A DNA stretch of 64,000 nucleotides, from the NCBI GenBank assembly GCA_963764785.1, contig CAVXTU010000001.1, positions 222,015 to 286,014 of the forward strand. Reading direction: 5' to 3'. Origin of the DNA: an uncultured Chloroflexia bacterium (GTDB taxonomy: Bacteria > Chloroflexota > Limnocylindria > Limnocylindrales > CSP1-4). Shown piece after piece: positions 38,227-49,202 of the stretch. Position 1 is the stretch's first letter, and every line of letters begins with the position of its first letter. The notes under the pieces were generated by a model, which did no database searches, was not told the origin of the DNA, and worked only from the letters and a program-made list of their open reading frames with translations. The translations under genes were made by a program, and so were the position numbers.

Positions 38227-39030
38227 CTAGGCCCGATCAGCGTCGGCGGGGATACCGATGGGCGCCACCAGCACTCGCCCCGCCAGGAGGCTACCGGTCC
38301 GCGTCAACAAGCCCTGCTTGGGTCGATGGAAGGTGATGGTGGCGTCGGCACGAACGACCGGGTCCGAGGCCTCGCCCGTGCTCAGGTCCACCGATGTGGG
38401 CGTGTCGACCGCCAACACCGGCACCAGGTTCTCACGCGCCCGGATCACCACGTCGACCGCGGTGCGTACGGGCTCCCGGAGTGCACCCGAGACACCCGTG
38501 CCAAGCAATGCATCGATGACCAGGCCAGCTCGCTCGATGCCATTGAAGTAGAGCGCCACGTCGGCATCGCGCACCGTCGACACCCGATGGACCAGGTCGA
38601 TGCCTTCGAGGCGGTCCCAGTTCAGCGCGGCGTCCTGGGTCGACGGTTTGCGGTTCGCCAGCAGGACGACCTCGGATCCGATGTCGTGCGCTGCCAGATG
38701 CCGTGCTGCCACCAATCCATCGCCGCCATTGTTGCCTGGTCCACACAGGATGAGCACGAGAGACTGGGGCGACCGATCGCCGGATAGCATCAGGGCTCGC
38801 GCTGCCGCCGCGGTCGCCGTGCCGGCCTGCTCCATCAGCCACTCACCGGCGATGCCCGTCCGCTTCGCGCGGGCGTCGGCACCGCGCATGGCAGCGCCAC
38901 TGATGGGGGCCAGCCCGGCCTGTGCGCGCCAGTGTTCGGTGAGGAGAGCCAGGTCGGCGTCTGACGCGAAGATGGCTGGGTCCGAAGCAGGCAGGCGCAG
39001 TCGCGTTGCGGGATCCAAGGTGGTCGTCAT
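38227..39030 (-). CDS. NAD(P)H-hydrate epimerase (YjeF N-terminal domain)
   Basis: Has LILCGPGNNGGDGLVAARHL. 267 aa. 4-nt overlap with mutY. Confidence 0.8.
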   Translation of the reverse strand: MTTTLDPATRLRLPASDPAIFASDADLALLTEHWRAQAGLAPISGAAMRGADARAKRTGIAGEWLMEQAGTATAAAARALMLSGDRSPQSLVLILCGPGNNGGDGLVAARHLAAHDIGSEVVLLANRKPSTQDAALNWDRLEGIDLVHRVSTVRDADVALYFNGIERAGLVIDALLGTGVSGALREPVRTAVDVVIRARENLVPVLAVDTPTSVDLSTGEASDPVVRADATITFHRPKQGLLTRTGSLLAGRVLVAPIGIPADADRA

Positions 39031-39950
39031 GGCTGCGTCGATGGTAGGCGCACCGATCCATCAGGGCGCCGCTCGAGCAATCCGTCCTGTTCCAGTCCCT
39101 CGACCGCCGCGCTGATGGCAGACTCGTCGTGGCCGCCGAGGGTGGCCGGCAGGCGCGTCCAATCTCCACCATCGAGAGCTCGCAGTCGCTCCACGATGCG
39201 GCCACGCAGCCAGCGGCTGCTGCGTTCGAACGCGATGCCCGTACCGCGATGGCTCGTCGGTTCGACCACTGCGAAGGCGCTGGCACACCACGAGCTGACG
39301 GGACATTCGTGGCAACGCGGACGCCGCGAACGGCAGACGGTCGCACCCAGGTCCATCGATGCGTGCGTCCAGGCAGCCGGGTCGGCACGAAAGACCAGGT
39401 CATCGGCCGCCGCCTGGAGCTGGACTGTGGTCATCGGCCGACCGATGACGCGCGATACGACCCTGCGGACATTCGTATCGACCGGTGCGACAGCTTGCCC
39501 GTACGCGGTCGCCACGATGGCTCGGGCGGTGTAGGGCCCGATCCCTGGCATTGACTCGAGCACCTCGATCGCATCGGGCACGCGACCGGCGTGGTCGGAA
39601 TCGATGGCCTGTGCAGCACGCTGGAGGTTCAGGGCCCGGCGGTTGTAGCCGAGGCCGGACCAGGCTCGGAGGACATCGGCGGTCGAGGCCTGGGCGACGG
39701 CTCGTGGCGTGGGAAACTGCTCGATGAAGCCGACCCAGGCCTCATCGACGCGAGTGATCTGTGTTTGCTGCGCCATCACCTCTGCGACGAGGATCCCCCA
39801 TGGGTCGCGGGTGGCGCGGATCCGGAGGGGTCGAGCTCGGGGTCGATACCAGTCGAGCAGCGCCGCCTGGAAACGCCCGCGAGCACCCGCCAGCCCACCG
39901 AGTGGCCGCGGACCGGGACCATGTGCACCCGATGGTTGCGGAACCTTCAT
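39027..39950 (-). CDS. mutY: A/G-specific adenine glycosylase
   Basis: HhH-GPD core (VAEVMAQQTQITRV, GLGYNRRA) and the 4Fe-4S cluster loop CRSRRPRCHECPVSSWC. Confidence 0.85.
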   Translation of the reverse strand: MKVPQPSGAHGPGPRPLGGLAGARGRFQAALLDWYRPRARPLRIRATRDPWGILVAEVMAQQTQITRVDEAWVGFIEQFPTPRAVAQASTADVLRAWSGLGYNRRALNLQRAAQAIDSDHAGRVPDAIEVLESMPGIGPYTARAIVATAYGQAVAPVDTNVRRVVSRVIGRPMTTVQLQAAADDLVFRADPAAWTHASMDLGATVCRSRRPRCHECPVSSWCASAFAVVEPTSHRGTGIAFERSSRWLRGRIVERLRALDGGDWTRLPATLGGHDESAISAAVEGLEQDGLLERRPDGSVRLPSTQP

Positions 39951-39997
39951 CCCTCACTCACCCGGATTCCTCCCTCGTCGTGCAGAATGCATCGGGC

Positions 39998-42770
39998 ATG
40001 CCTTATCGCCCACAGAAACGTCGCGCCACCCGGCCCGTAAACGGGAATGGTCATGCGAACCAGCATCGTGGTTCGTATGCCGCGCGTCTTGCCGTCCGTC
40101 GCAGCACCAGCCGCAAGGCACAGTCTCGCGGTCCGAGCGCCCTTGTCGTCATGATCCTGATCCTGGTCGTCACGGGCGTGACCCTCGCCTCTGCCGCGGC
40201 CATCGCCGCCGGGGGCGCGGCCGGGGTCACCCTGGCCACCCTCGAGCAGGGCCTGCCGGACGTCCGCGCCTTCCGCGACCTCGGCTTCTCCCAGCCCACC
40301 ATCCTGTACGACCGCAAGGGCAAGACGGAACTGGCACGCTTCTGGGATGAGCGCCGTGAGGTCATCAAGTTCGAGGATATCCCGCCGCTCGTGCTGGACG
40401 CCACGACCGCGACCGAGGACGACACCTTCTGGACGAACCCGGGGGTCGATATCCAGGCCACCCTCAATGCCCTCGTCACCGAAGCCGCCGGTGGCGGCGA
40501 CCGCGGTGGTGGTTCGACCATCACCCAGCAGCTGGTGCGGGCACGCCTCCTGCCGGACGACATCATCCAGGCCGGCCTGGAGACCAAGGAGGGCCAGTAC
40601 GTCCGCAAGGCCAAGGAGATCCTGCAGGCCTACCGGCTGACCCAGGCCTTCCCCGGTGAGAAGGGCAAGAAGGACATCATCACCGCCTACCTCAACCAGA
40701 TCTCGTATGGCGCCGCGCAGGGCATCGCCGCCGCCGCGGACCTCTATCTGGGCAAGGACCTCGATGAGCTGACCCTCAGCGAGGCGGCCCTGCTGGCGGC
40801 CATCCCGCAGAAGCCCAGCAGCCTCTATCCGTGGGCCACCAACTCCAAGGGCAAGTACACCAACGTGGTCAAGGAGAAGACCAAGAAGCGCAGCAAGAAG
40901 GGCAAGACCAAGTCGCGCTTGCTGGTCCGTGACTGCCTGGGCAAGAGCGACTGCACCAACACCGAGCTGGTCAACCGCCGCAACTTCATCCTGGGCCGAC
41001 TGCACGACTCCAAGGGCCGCTTCACCTCCGTCACCGACGAGCAGTACCAGGACGCCCTCGAGCAGAGGATCGTCATCAGGAAGCCCAAGGCACAGCTCTG
41101 GAAGGCACCCCACTTCGTCAACGCCGTCCTGCCGGAGCTGAACCAGATCCTGGCCGATCGCGACCCCATCAAGCGTCGGTGGCTACAAGGTCACCACGAC
41201 GCTTGACATGAAAGCCCAGAAGCTCGGGGAGAAGTACATCGAGGCAGGCGCCTACATCCCCAACCTGCCGGCAAGCAAGTACTACCAGGCCATCAAGAAG
41301 AACAAGCTTGGACGCGACAGCAGCTGGATCGGCGGGCTGCGCGGACTGAACCTCAGGAATGGCGGCCTCGTGGCCATGGACTACCGCACCGGTGACATCC
41401 TCGCCTACGTCGGCTCGGCGGGCTACTACCGCAAGTCGAAGAATCCCAGGTTCGACCCCCAGTTCGACAACATCGGGCAGGGTCATCGCCAGCCGGGCTC
41501 CGCCTGGAAGCCCATGGTCTATGCGACTGGCATCGACACCGGTGCGCTGACCGCTGGGACGGTGCTGCTCGATATCACGACACCATTCGGGAGGGGCTGG
41601 ACGCCCAAGAACGCCGATGGTGGCGACAGCGGACCCATCCTCGTCCGCGACGCACTCCAGCAGTCACTCAATGTGCCAGCCATCCGGGCGCTTGACCGCA
41701 CGGGTATCCAGACGGTCCGCAAGTACGCCGTAAAGGCCGGCTTCACGTTCCTGGACGCCTTCGGCAACAAGGCACTTGACGTGGCCGGGTTGGCCGGCGC
41801 CATCGGCACGGTCGAGGTGCGGCCGCTGGATATGACCGCGGCCTTCGGTGCCTTCGGCAACGGCGGCAAGGTCACCAAGCCTCGCTACATCCTCAAGGTC
41901 GAGGGTCCCGACGGGGAGCTCATCTACAAGGCGGGCGACCCCGTCACCACCCAGGTCTGGAAGCCGGCCACGGCGTACATCATGGCGGACATCCTGGCAG
42001 GCAACACCAACCCCGCTGAGAATGCCGCCTGGGCGCGCGTCTTCGCGATGAACAACACGAAGAATGGCCAGCTTCGCGAGGCCGCCGTGAAGACCGGCAC
42101 CACCAACAACCTCAAGGACTATTCGACGTATGGGTTCCTGCCGATGCCCAAGAATCCGAACCAGCCCGCGTTGGCCGTGGGCGTCTGGTATGGCAATAGC
42201 AACAGCGCTCCACAAAGCCTGGCCGGAGGACTGGTGTACTCGCTGGAAAACGCCGGGCAAACGTGGCATTCGTTCGTGCGCGACTACATGAACAACAAGC
42301 CCGCACCCAAGTTCCAGCGGCCCAAGTCCGGCGTGGTGACGGCCGTCATCAATAGCCGATACGGAGGCGCAGCGGGAGCTGGCCCACGTCGCACGGAGTT
42401 GTTCGTTCGGGGCACCCAGCCCGGCGGCAAGAACCAGGTCGATCCCAGTTACTCCGGGTGTGTCGACCTGGTCAAGCTCGAGAACCCGGGCGCCCCATCA
42501 TCCTGGATCTCGACGGTCAGGTCCTGGGGTGCGCGTCGCGGATATTGCGTCAGCGGCGGACCAGTCACCACGACCCCGAGCACCGGCGGAGACGATGGCA
42601 GCAGCACGGGCGGTGGTGGCAACGGCGGTGGTGGCGGCGGCAACAACGGCGGCGGCAACAACGGCGGCGGCAACAACGGCGGCGGCAACAACGGCGGCAA
42701 CGCACCGGCGCCGACTTGCCGGCCCGGCACCACGAACAAGCCCTCGGGCTGCGTCATCTCGTCCAACTAG
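39998..42770 (+). CDS. class A penicillin-binding protein (PBP1A: transglycosylase + transpeptidase), reading frame broken near 41172-41178
   Basis: GT51 motifs EDDTFWTNPGVD and GSTITQQ lie in 39998-41206. The +1 frame gives GGYKVTTTLDMKAQ..., then SAWKP (SxxK), SLN and KTGTT in 41208-42770. One extra C separates ...DPIKR from GGYKV. Confidence 0.85.
42633..42701 (+). repeat. 15-bp tandem repeat GGCGGCGGCAACAAC x4.6 (encodes a GGGNN tail in PBP1A)
   Basis: Read directly. Perfect copies start at 42633, 42648, 42663 and 42678, then a partial copy. Confidence 0.85.
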
Positions 42771-42815
42771 GTCGCGCATCAGCGCCGGTGGGGCGCGAAA
42801 CGATAGGCTCCCCGG

Positions 42816-45517
42816 ATGTCGCTTGACGAGTACTGGCGCAAGCGCGACTTCCGGCAGACCCCGGAACCACGTGGCGCCAGGCCAGAGGACTCCGGTCGCC
42901 CATCGCGTCGCTTCACAGTGCAGCGTCACCGGGCTACGCGTCTCCACTATGACTTCCGGCTGGAGATCGAGGGCGTGCTTGTCAGCTGGGCTGTGCCGCG
43001 AGGCCCCTCGATGCGCCCGCTCGAGAAGCGCATGGCTGCGCGCACGGAAGACCACCCCATCGACTATCTCGAATTCGAGGGCATCATCCCGCCCGGCGAG
43101 TACGGTGGCGGCGACGTCATCGTCTGGGACGTGGGCACCTGGGAACCCGAAGGTCCGGCGGATCCAGCCGCCTCGGTCGAGGATGGTGAGCTCAAGTTCG
43201 TCCTCCACGGTGAGCGTCTGAAGGGTCGCTTCGTCATCGTGCGGACGCGCCAAGAGCGTCGGGCCAGCGAGGACTGGCTGCTCATCCACAAGCGCGACGA
43301 ACATGCCGTCGAAGCCTGGGACATCGATGCCTTCCCGTCGTCCGTGCTCAGCGGCCGCACCAATGACGACGTCGCGACCGGCAAGCCGTCGCGTCCGGAT
43401 CCTCGTGCCGGCACGTTCCATGGCGGACATCGATCTGAGCGCTGCCATACGGGCGCCGATGCCATCATTCATCAAGCCGATGCTGGCCACGCCGATCGAT
43501 CGCGCCTTCAGCCATCGCGATTGGCTGTACGAGCTGAAGTTGGATGGCTACCGCGTCCAGGCAGTGGTGAGCAGCAACACGGTCAGGCTGTGGACGCGCA
43601 ATCGGAAGGATGCGGCCGGCTATTTTCCGGCCTTCGCTGAGACGGACCCCACCTGGATCGGCGACCACGACACCATCATCGACGGTGAGATGGTGGCGCT
43701 CGACGATGCTGGGCGGCCCAGCTTCAGCTTGTTGCAGGACCTCTCCGGCATGAAGGGTATCGGCATCAAGCGAGGCGAGCGCAGGAGCGGCGAGCGCTCA
43801 CGCAAACAGCCAACGGGCAGCCTCGTATATCACGCCTTCGATGTGATGCATCTCGACGGTTCGGACCTCACCAGGGTTCCCCTCATCGAACGCAAGCGCT
43901 TGCTTCAGCTGCTGATACGCGACCACCCCATGGTCCGGTACGTCAGCCATGTCCTCGAACATGGAGAGGACTTTCAGGAGGCCATCAAGCAACAGGGACT
44001 GGAAGGCAGCATCGCCAAGCTGCGCGGCAGTGTCTACGAGCCTGGCAAACGCTCCCGCTCATGGCTCAAGGTCAAGGCTCGCCGAGAGCAGGAGTTCGTC
44101 CTCGTCGGATACGAGCCAGGTCAGGGCAGCCACAGGGAGCTCGGCTCACTGCTGGTCGCGACGCACGAGGAACAGACCTGGCGATTTGCCGGCCAGGTCG
44201 GTAGTGGCCTCGACGGATCGACCCGGAAGCTGCTGCGTCGGATCCTCGACGAGCATCCACTGCGTGCCTCGCCTGCGACCGGCGCTCCGCGACTACCTGA
44301 TGCGCGCTGGAGCGAACCACGTCACGTGATCCGCGTCGAGTTCACCGAGTGGACGACGGACGGGCTCCTGCGTCACGCTTCATTCAAAGGCCGCGACGTC
44401 GGGCGCGATCCCGAGTCGGTGATCCGGGAGGTGTCGGAACCGGTGCCGCTGCCAGATGCGGCATCCGGCATCGGGCCCATGCCAGCCCGAGAGGCGGAGG
44501 AACACCGAGAACGCGTGGATGATGGGCCAGGATCTCGATCGTTCGGTGACGACGCTGATCGCGGCGTGCCTGCCAATTCCGTCACCCAGTCGGAGCTCGA
44601 TTCCCTCGATGCTCTCGGCAATGACGGGCGCTGGGCGGTGGGTGGCCATGAGGTCAGCTTGACCAACCTCGACAAGCCGATCTTTCCCCAGGTGGGTTAT
44701 ACGAAGCGGGACCTGGTGCGCTACTACTCGACCATCGCACCGGTCATCCTTCCCTACCTGCGGGAGCGGCCGCTGAACGTCCATCGCTGGCCTGACGGCG
44801 TCGCTGGCAAGACACAGTTCTGGCAGAAGCAGAGTCCCGTCGCATGCCCCGGAATGGGTGGCTCGCTGGGACTATCCAGACGCCGGCAAGGAACAATCGC
44901 ACACATATGTGGTAGCCGATCGCGTCGCCACCATGGCCTGGCTTGCCAACCAGGCCGTCATCGACCTGCATCCGTGGACCAGCCGCCTGCCCGACTACTG
45001 GCGCCCCACCTACGCGTTCATCGATATCGATCCCGGAGAGGAGACGACCTGGCCCGAGGTGCTGACCATCGCGCGGCTCTATCACGCGGCGCTGGACCAC
45101 CTGGGGGTGCGTGGCTTTCCCAAGGTCACCGGCAAGCGCGGCATACAGGTGTGGATCCATATCGAGCCCCACTACAGCTTCGACGACACGCGCGACTGGG
45201 TCGGACAGCTGTCGCGAGGAGTTGGCGCCGTGGTGCCGGAGCTCGTGTCGTGGGAGTGGGGCAAGAAGGACCGGGGCGGCCGGGCACGCCTGGACTACAC
45301 CCAGAACTCGATGATCAAGACGCTGGTGGCACCCTACGCGGTGCGGCCGGTGGCGACGGCATCGGTGTCGGTTCCGTTCGACTGGGAAGAGCTCGACGAT
45401 CCTGAACTCACGCCGACGCGCTGGGACATACGCTCAGTCGTGGAACGGGTGGCCACCATGGGCGACCCGTTTCAGGGTATCCTCGGCGACCCGCAGACCC
45501 TGCCCCCGATCAGCTGA
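42816..45517 (+). CDS. ligD: ATP-dependent DNA ligase LigD (phosphoesterase-ligase-polymerase), frame broken near 43390-43405 and 44830-44836
   Basis: The PE domain (RRFTVQRHRATRLHYDFRLE) is in ORF 42816-43640. The ligase (YELKLDGYR KxDG motif, ...WLKVK) is in ORF 43303-45405. The primase-polymerase C-terminus (PSHAPEWVARW...AVIDLHPW...GKRGIQVW) is in ORF 44858-45517. The three are collinear across the two shifts. Confidence 0.8.
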
Positions 45518-45548
45518 GCGACGGCTGTGACGGACCTGCCCGGCAGCG

Positions 45549-46372
45549 CTAGCCACGTCGGGTGATGGTTCGGGCCAGGACCAGGGCGCCAAGGATGATC
45601 AGGATGACCGGCCACAGGCTGATGGCACCGGTCAACTCCGTGCGGCTGAGCTGGACCAGCCCGATGAGCGTCAGGATGCCACCGGGGATGAGGGGCCACC
45701 AGTGGTTCTGCGGCAAGCGATAGATCGATCCGAACAGCCAGATGCCCAGGAAGCCACCTGCGATGGCCAGCATCATGACCCCGCTTTCAGTGTCACGGCT
45801 GGCGGAGGCGTCGATGATGATGCCGATGCCCACACCCGTCAGTAGCGATCCGGGATAAGAAAGCCGTATTCGCGGGTGACCACGAATACCGCGAGCAGCG
45901 CCAATCCGATGAACAGCGGTACGAATCGGCCGATGTCCGGTTCGAGCTGTCCGGCCAGGAAGAAGAGGCCGATGCCGGCGATGACCAGGCCCGCCACCAG
46001 GCCGCCAGGATCGCGTCGCGGTCCCCGTCGCGGAGTCGACGCTTGTGACGGTGGTGCTTGTGTCGGCGGCGGATATGAACCGACTGGGGCATACGGTCCG
46101 CCCTGTGCAGGGCCTCCGGGCGCTGGATAGCTTCCCGGCGCTGGATAGGTTCCGGGCGCTGGATAGGGCGCCATCGGGGGCTGCATGCCCGGAGGAGTCG
46201 GCTGTCGTAGGCCCGGATCGACCGCTTGTGGATAGCTGGATCCCGGATAGCCGGCGGCAGGTGGAACGGCGGTTTGTGAAGGTGGCGGGGGCATGGTCTG
46301 GCTTGACCGCGAGCCCTGGCCGGGCGGCGATGGGACGCCGAGCGGCGCGCTTGGGTCGATCACATCACGCAT
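45549..46372 (-). CDS. membrane protein with Pro-rich N-terminus, reading frame broken near 45847-45856
   Basis: ATG 46372 (MRDVIDPS...). A YPAPG repeat region is followed by TM helices. ...TREYGFLIP continues as GSLLTGVGIGIIIDASASRD... in the other frame (ORFs 45839-46429 and 45549-45833). Confidence 0.65.
46115..46168. repeat. 18-bp tandem repeat x3 (TCCGGGCGCTGGATAGCT-like), encoding PAPG(T/S)Y on the minus strand
   Basis: Read directly. Units at 46115-46132, 46133-46150 and 46151-46168 with 2-3 substitutions. Confidence 0.8.
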
Positions 46373-46442
46373 GCTGGCACGGCACCGCGTTCCTTGCTCG
46401 GCTGTGGGACCATTGCTGCCCCGTGCCATCCACTAGAGGAGC

Positions 46443-47384
46443 GTGCCAAAGATGTCCGATCACCGACGCCGTGTAGCCGTGCTCGCTACCGGTGCTGCCA
46501 GCCTCGCGTTGCTGGCCAGTCCCCTTGCCCTCGTTGCACAGGATGAAAGCCCTGCGGCCTCCGACGCGCCCACGGCGCTCGTGAGCGAGGCGTGTCAGGC
46601 TCAGAACATCGATGGCCTGCTGAAGAACCCGGGGCGTCTGACCCTGAGCACGGACAATCCAGCCTTCGGACCGTGGTGGGGTGGTGACCCCAGTGTCGAC
46701 CCCGAGAGCGGTTGGGAATTCAGCTATCCACCATCCGGTGAGGGCCTTGAGGGTGGCGTGGCCTACGCCGTCGCTCATGCGCTCGGGTTCGCCGATGACC
46801 AGATCGACTGGCTCCAGAACACGGAGTTCACGCTGGCCTTCCAGCCCGGCCCCAAGCCATTCGACTGGCACATGGCGCAGGTCTCGATCCGCCCGGAGCG
46901 TGCCGAGAACGTCGATTTCAGCGAGCCATACTTCGACGCCAACCAAGCGCTGGTGGCCGTGTCGGGAACGGACATCGAGAATGCCACCAGCATCGCCGAC
47001 CTGAAGCCCTACAACCTGGGTGCGGCCGTCGGTACAACCAGCCTCCAGTTCATCGAGGAGCAGATCCAGCCTGACAACGAGCCATCGGTCTTCAACGACA
47101 ACGCTGCGCTCGTTCAGGCTCTCCAGAACGGCCAGATCGACGGCCTCGTGGTGGATCTCGGCTCCGCCTTCTTCGTCGTCGCCGTCCAGGTCGATGGCGG
47201 CACCATCGTGGGCCAGTTCCCGACCACGGGCCAGGAGGACCACGTCGCCATGGTGCTGGACAAGGACAGCCCCCTGACCGCCTGTGTCGATGAGGCTATC
47301 GAGGCCATCAAGGCGAACGGCGAGCTCCAGGCGATCTACGACCGCACCATCACCACCGGCCAGGACATTCCCGTCCTCGAATGA
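46443..47384 (+). CDS. polar amino-acid ABC transporter substrate-binding protein
   Basis: Signal peptide, then a family-3 SBP pattern (FDWHMAQVSIRPERAENVDFSEPYF, LGAAVGTTS). Start is GTG 46443 or ATG 46452. Confidence 0.8.
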   Translation: MPKMSDHRRRVAVLATGAASLALLASPLALVAQDESPAASDAPTALVSEACQAQNIDGLLKNPGRLTLSTDNPAFGPWWGGDPSVDPESGWEFSYPPSGEGLEGGVAYAVAHALGFADDQIDWLQNTEFTLAFQPGPKPFDWHMAQVSIRPERAENVDFSEPYFDANQALVAVSGTDIENATSIADLKPYNLGAAVGTTSLQFIEEQIQPDNEPSVFNDNAALVQALQNGQIDGLVVDLGSAFFVVAVQVDGGTIVGQFPTTGQEDHVAMVLDKDSPLTACVDEAIEAIKANGELQAIYDRTITTGQDIPVLE

Positions 47385-47406
47385 CCGGCTGGTCCACGGG
47401 CCGGTC

Positions 47407-48267
47407 GTGAGCGGCTCGTCCCGCGCACGACCACCGAGGACCCGGCGGCTCACCGAGTCGCTCCGGCACCCGCCGCCGGGGACCAAGGCGGTCGTTATCG
47501 CGATGGTCAGCACGCTCGTCGTGTTGGCCATCGTTGGGTTCGTGGTGGTCAACTCCCCCGGCTGGTCGCGCGTCCAGGCAGTGTTCTTCAACGCTGACGT
47601 CTTTACCGGGCGTTTCGGCCAGATCCTCGTAGCGTTCCGGATCAATGTCCAGTTGTTCCTCACCGCCGAGGTGCTCATCCTCATCGGCGGGCTCGTGCTC
47701 GCGGTCATGCGCAGCCTGCCAGGCCCGATGTTCTTCCCCTTCCGCGCCGCGGCCATCTTCTACATCGACGTCATGCGCGGCCTGCCCAGCATCCTGGTCA
47801 TCTACATCCTTGGCTTCGGTATCCCCGCCCTCGGTCTTGACGGCGTCACCAGCGATCCCTATGTCTGGGCGCTGGTGGCCCTGACCATGGTGTGGAGCGC
47901 CTACGTCGCTGAGGTCTATCGCGCCGGCATCGAGTCGGTGCATCCCAGCCAGGACGCCGCAGCACGATCGCTGGGGCTGTCGGCGACGCAGTCGATGCGA
48001 TATGTCGTGCTGCCGCAAGCGGTCCGCCGGGTCATCCCGCCGCTGCTCAACGACTTCATCGGCCTCATGAAGGACACCGCGCTCATCTCCTTCATCGGCC
48101 CCGTCGAAGCCTTCCGGCGCGCCCAGGTCGTGAACGCCGCGACGTTCAACTTCACGCCGTTCCTGGTGACTGCCGTCATCTTCCTGCTGCTGACGATCCC
48201 CATGTCCCGCTTCGTGGACTGGCTGGTGGCGCGCGACCGCCGACGCCAGATGGCGGGCGCCCGATGA
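47407..48267 (+). CDS. amino-acid ABC transporter permease (His/Glu/Gln/Arg/opine type)
   Basis: TM-rich, with the EAA loop SQDAAARSLGLSATQSMRYVVLPQAVRRVIPPL. Start uncertain (GTG 47407). The ORF track begins at 47284, inside the SBP gene. Confidence 0.8.
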   Translation: MSGSSRARPPRTRRLTESLRHPPPGTKAVVIAMVSTLVVLAIVGFVVVNSPGWSRVQAVFFNADVFTGRFGQILVAFRINVQLFLTAEVLILIGGLVLAVMRSLPGPMFFPFRAAAIFYIDVMRGLPSILVIYILGFGIPALGLDGVTSDPYVWALVALTMVWSAYVAEVYRAGIESVHPSQDAAARSLGLSATQSMRYVVLPQAVRRVIPPLLNDFIGLMKDTALISFIGPVEAFRRAQVVNAATFNFTPFLVTAVIFLLLTIPMSRFVDWLVARDRRRQMAGAR

Positions 48268-49149
48268 ACCGGGCAGCCGTCGCGCCCGCGGGGCAGCCGG
48301 TCGGGGCCAGCGGTCGCAGCCTGGGTAGCGAGGTCCTGCGCATCGAAGGGTTGCACAAGTCCTTCGGCGAACTGGAGGTGCTCAAGGGTATCGACCTGAC
48401 CATCGGCGAACACGAGGTCGTGGCGCTCATCGGGGCGTCGGGATCGGGGAAGTCGACCCTCCTTCGCTGCATCAACCTGCTGGAGCCGATCGGGCAAGGG
48501 CGGGTCTTCATCGAGGGCGCTGAGATCACCGCTCGTGGCGTGGACCTCGACGTCGTTCGCCGTCGGATCGGCATCGTCTTCCAGGCCTACAACCTCTTCC
48601 CGCACATGAACGTGATGAGCAACGTGACGCTGGCGCCGCACAAGGTCCTTGGGCTATCGAAGGCCGATGCGCGCGACCAGGCGTTGGAGCTGTTGGCCCG
48701 GTTCGGGCTGGCCGAGAAAGCCGAGCAGTACCCCGACCGACTGTCGGGCGGCCAGCAGCAGCGCGTCGCCATCGTCCGGGCGCTGGCCATGAAGCCGGAC
48801 CTGCTGCTCCTCGATGAGATCACGTCTGCGCTCGACCCGGAGCTTGTGGCCGAGGTCCTCGACGTCATCCGAGGGCTGGCCGAAGCCGGGATGACCATGA
48901 TCATCGCCACACACGAGATGGGTTTCGCGTCCGACATCGCCGACCGCGTCTGCTTTCTGGACCAGGGACAGGTCCTCGAGCAAGGACCGCCGTCGCAGTT
49001 GTTCGGAAGTCCTCAGGGAGCCACGGACGCGGCAGTTCCTGGAGCGAGTCATCCAGTCAGGACGCATGGGCGGGCATGCCGCCGAGATCATCCCCAGCGA
49101 CCTCAGGCCGGATGTCCACGATGCCGGGAGCGGACGAAAAGGCTCGTGA
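48264..49149 (+). CDS. amino-acid ABC transporter ATP-binding protein, reading frame broken at the GGG run 49016-49018
   Basis: Walker A GASGSGKST, signature LSGGQQQR and Walker B LLLLDE. The conserved tail EPRTRQFLERVIQSGR... is in the +1 frame, ending at TGA 49147-49149. Confidence 0.85.
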
Positions 49150-49171
49150 CCCGCTCCATTCCTTGACGATA

Positions 49172-49189
49172 GTGCTCGACTGTGCTCGA
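49172..49189. promoter_or_regulatory. direct repeat GTGCTCGA-N2-GTGCTCGA (10-bp phasing) upstream of the DeoR gene
   Basis: Read directly. Ends 13 nt before ATG 49203. A TTGACG hexamer sits at 49163-49168. Confidence 0.35.
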
Positions 49190-49202
49190 ATAGGGTACAT
49201 TC

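Noticed and set aside
42633-42701. Tandem repeats considered as a possible CRISPR or minisatellite array (also 46115-46168).
   Set aside because: The units are contiguous with no spacers, are 15-18 bp long, and lie inside coding sequence in frame. They are low-complexity protein repeats, not CRISPR.
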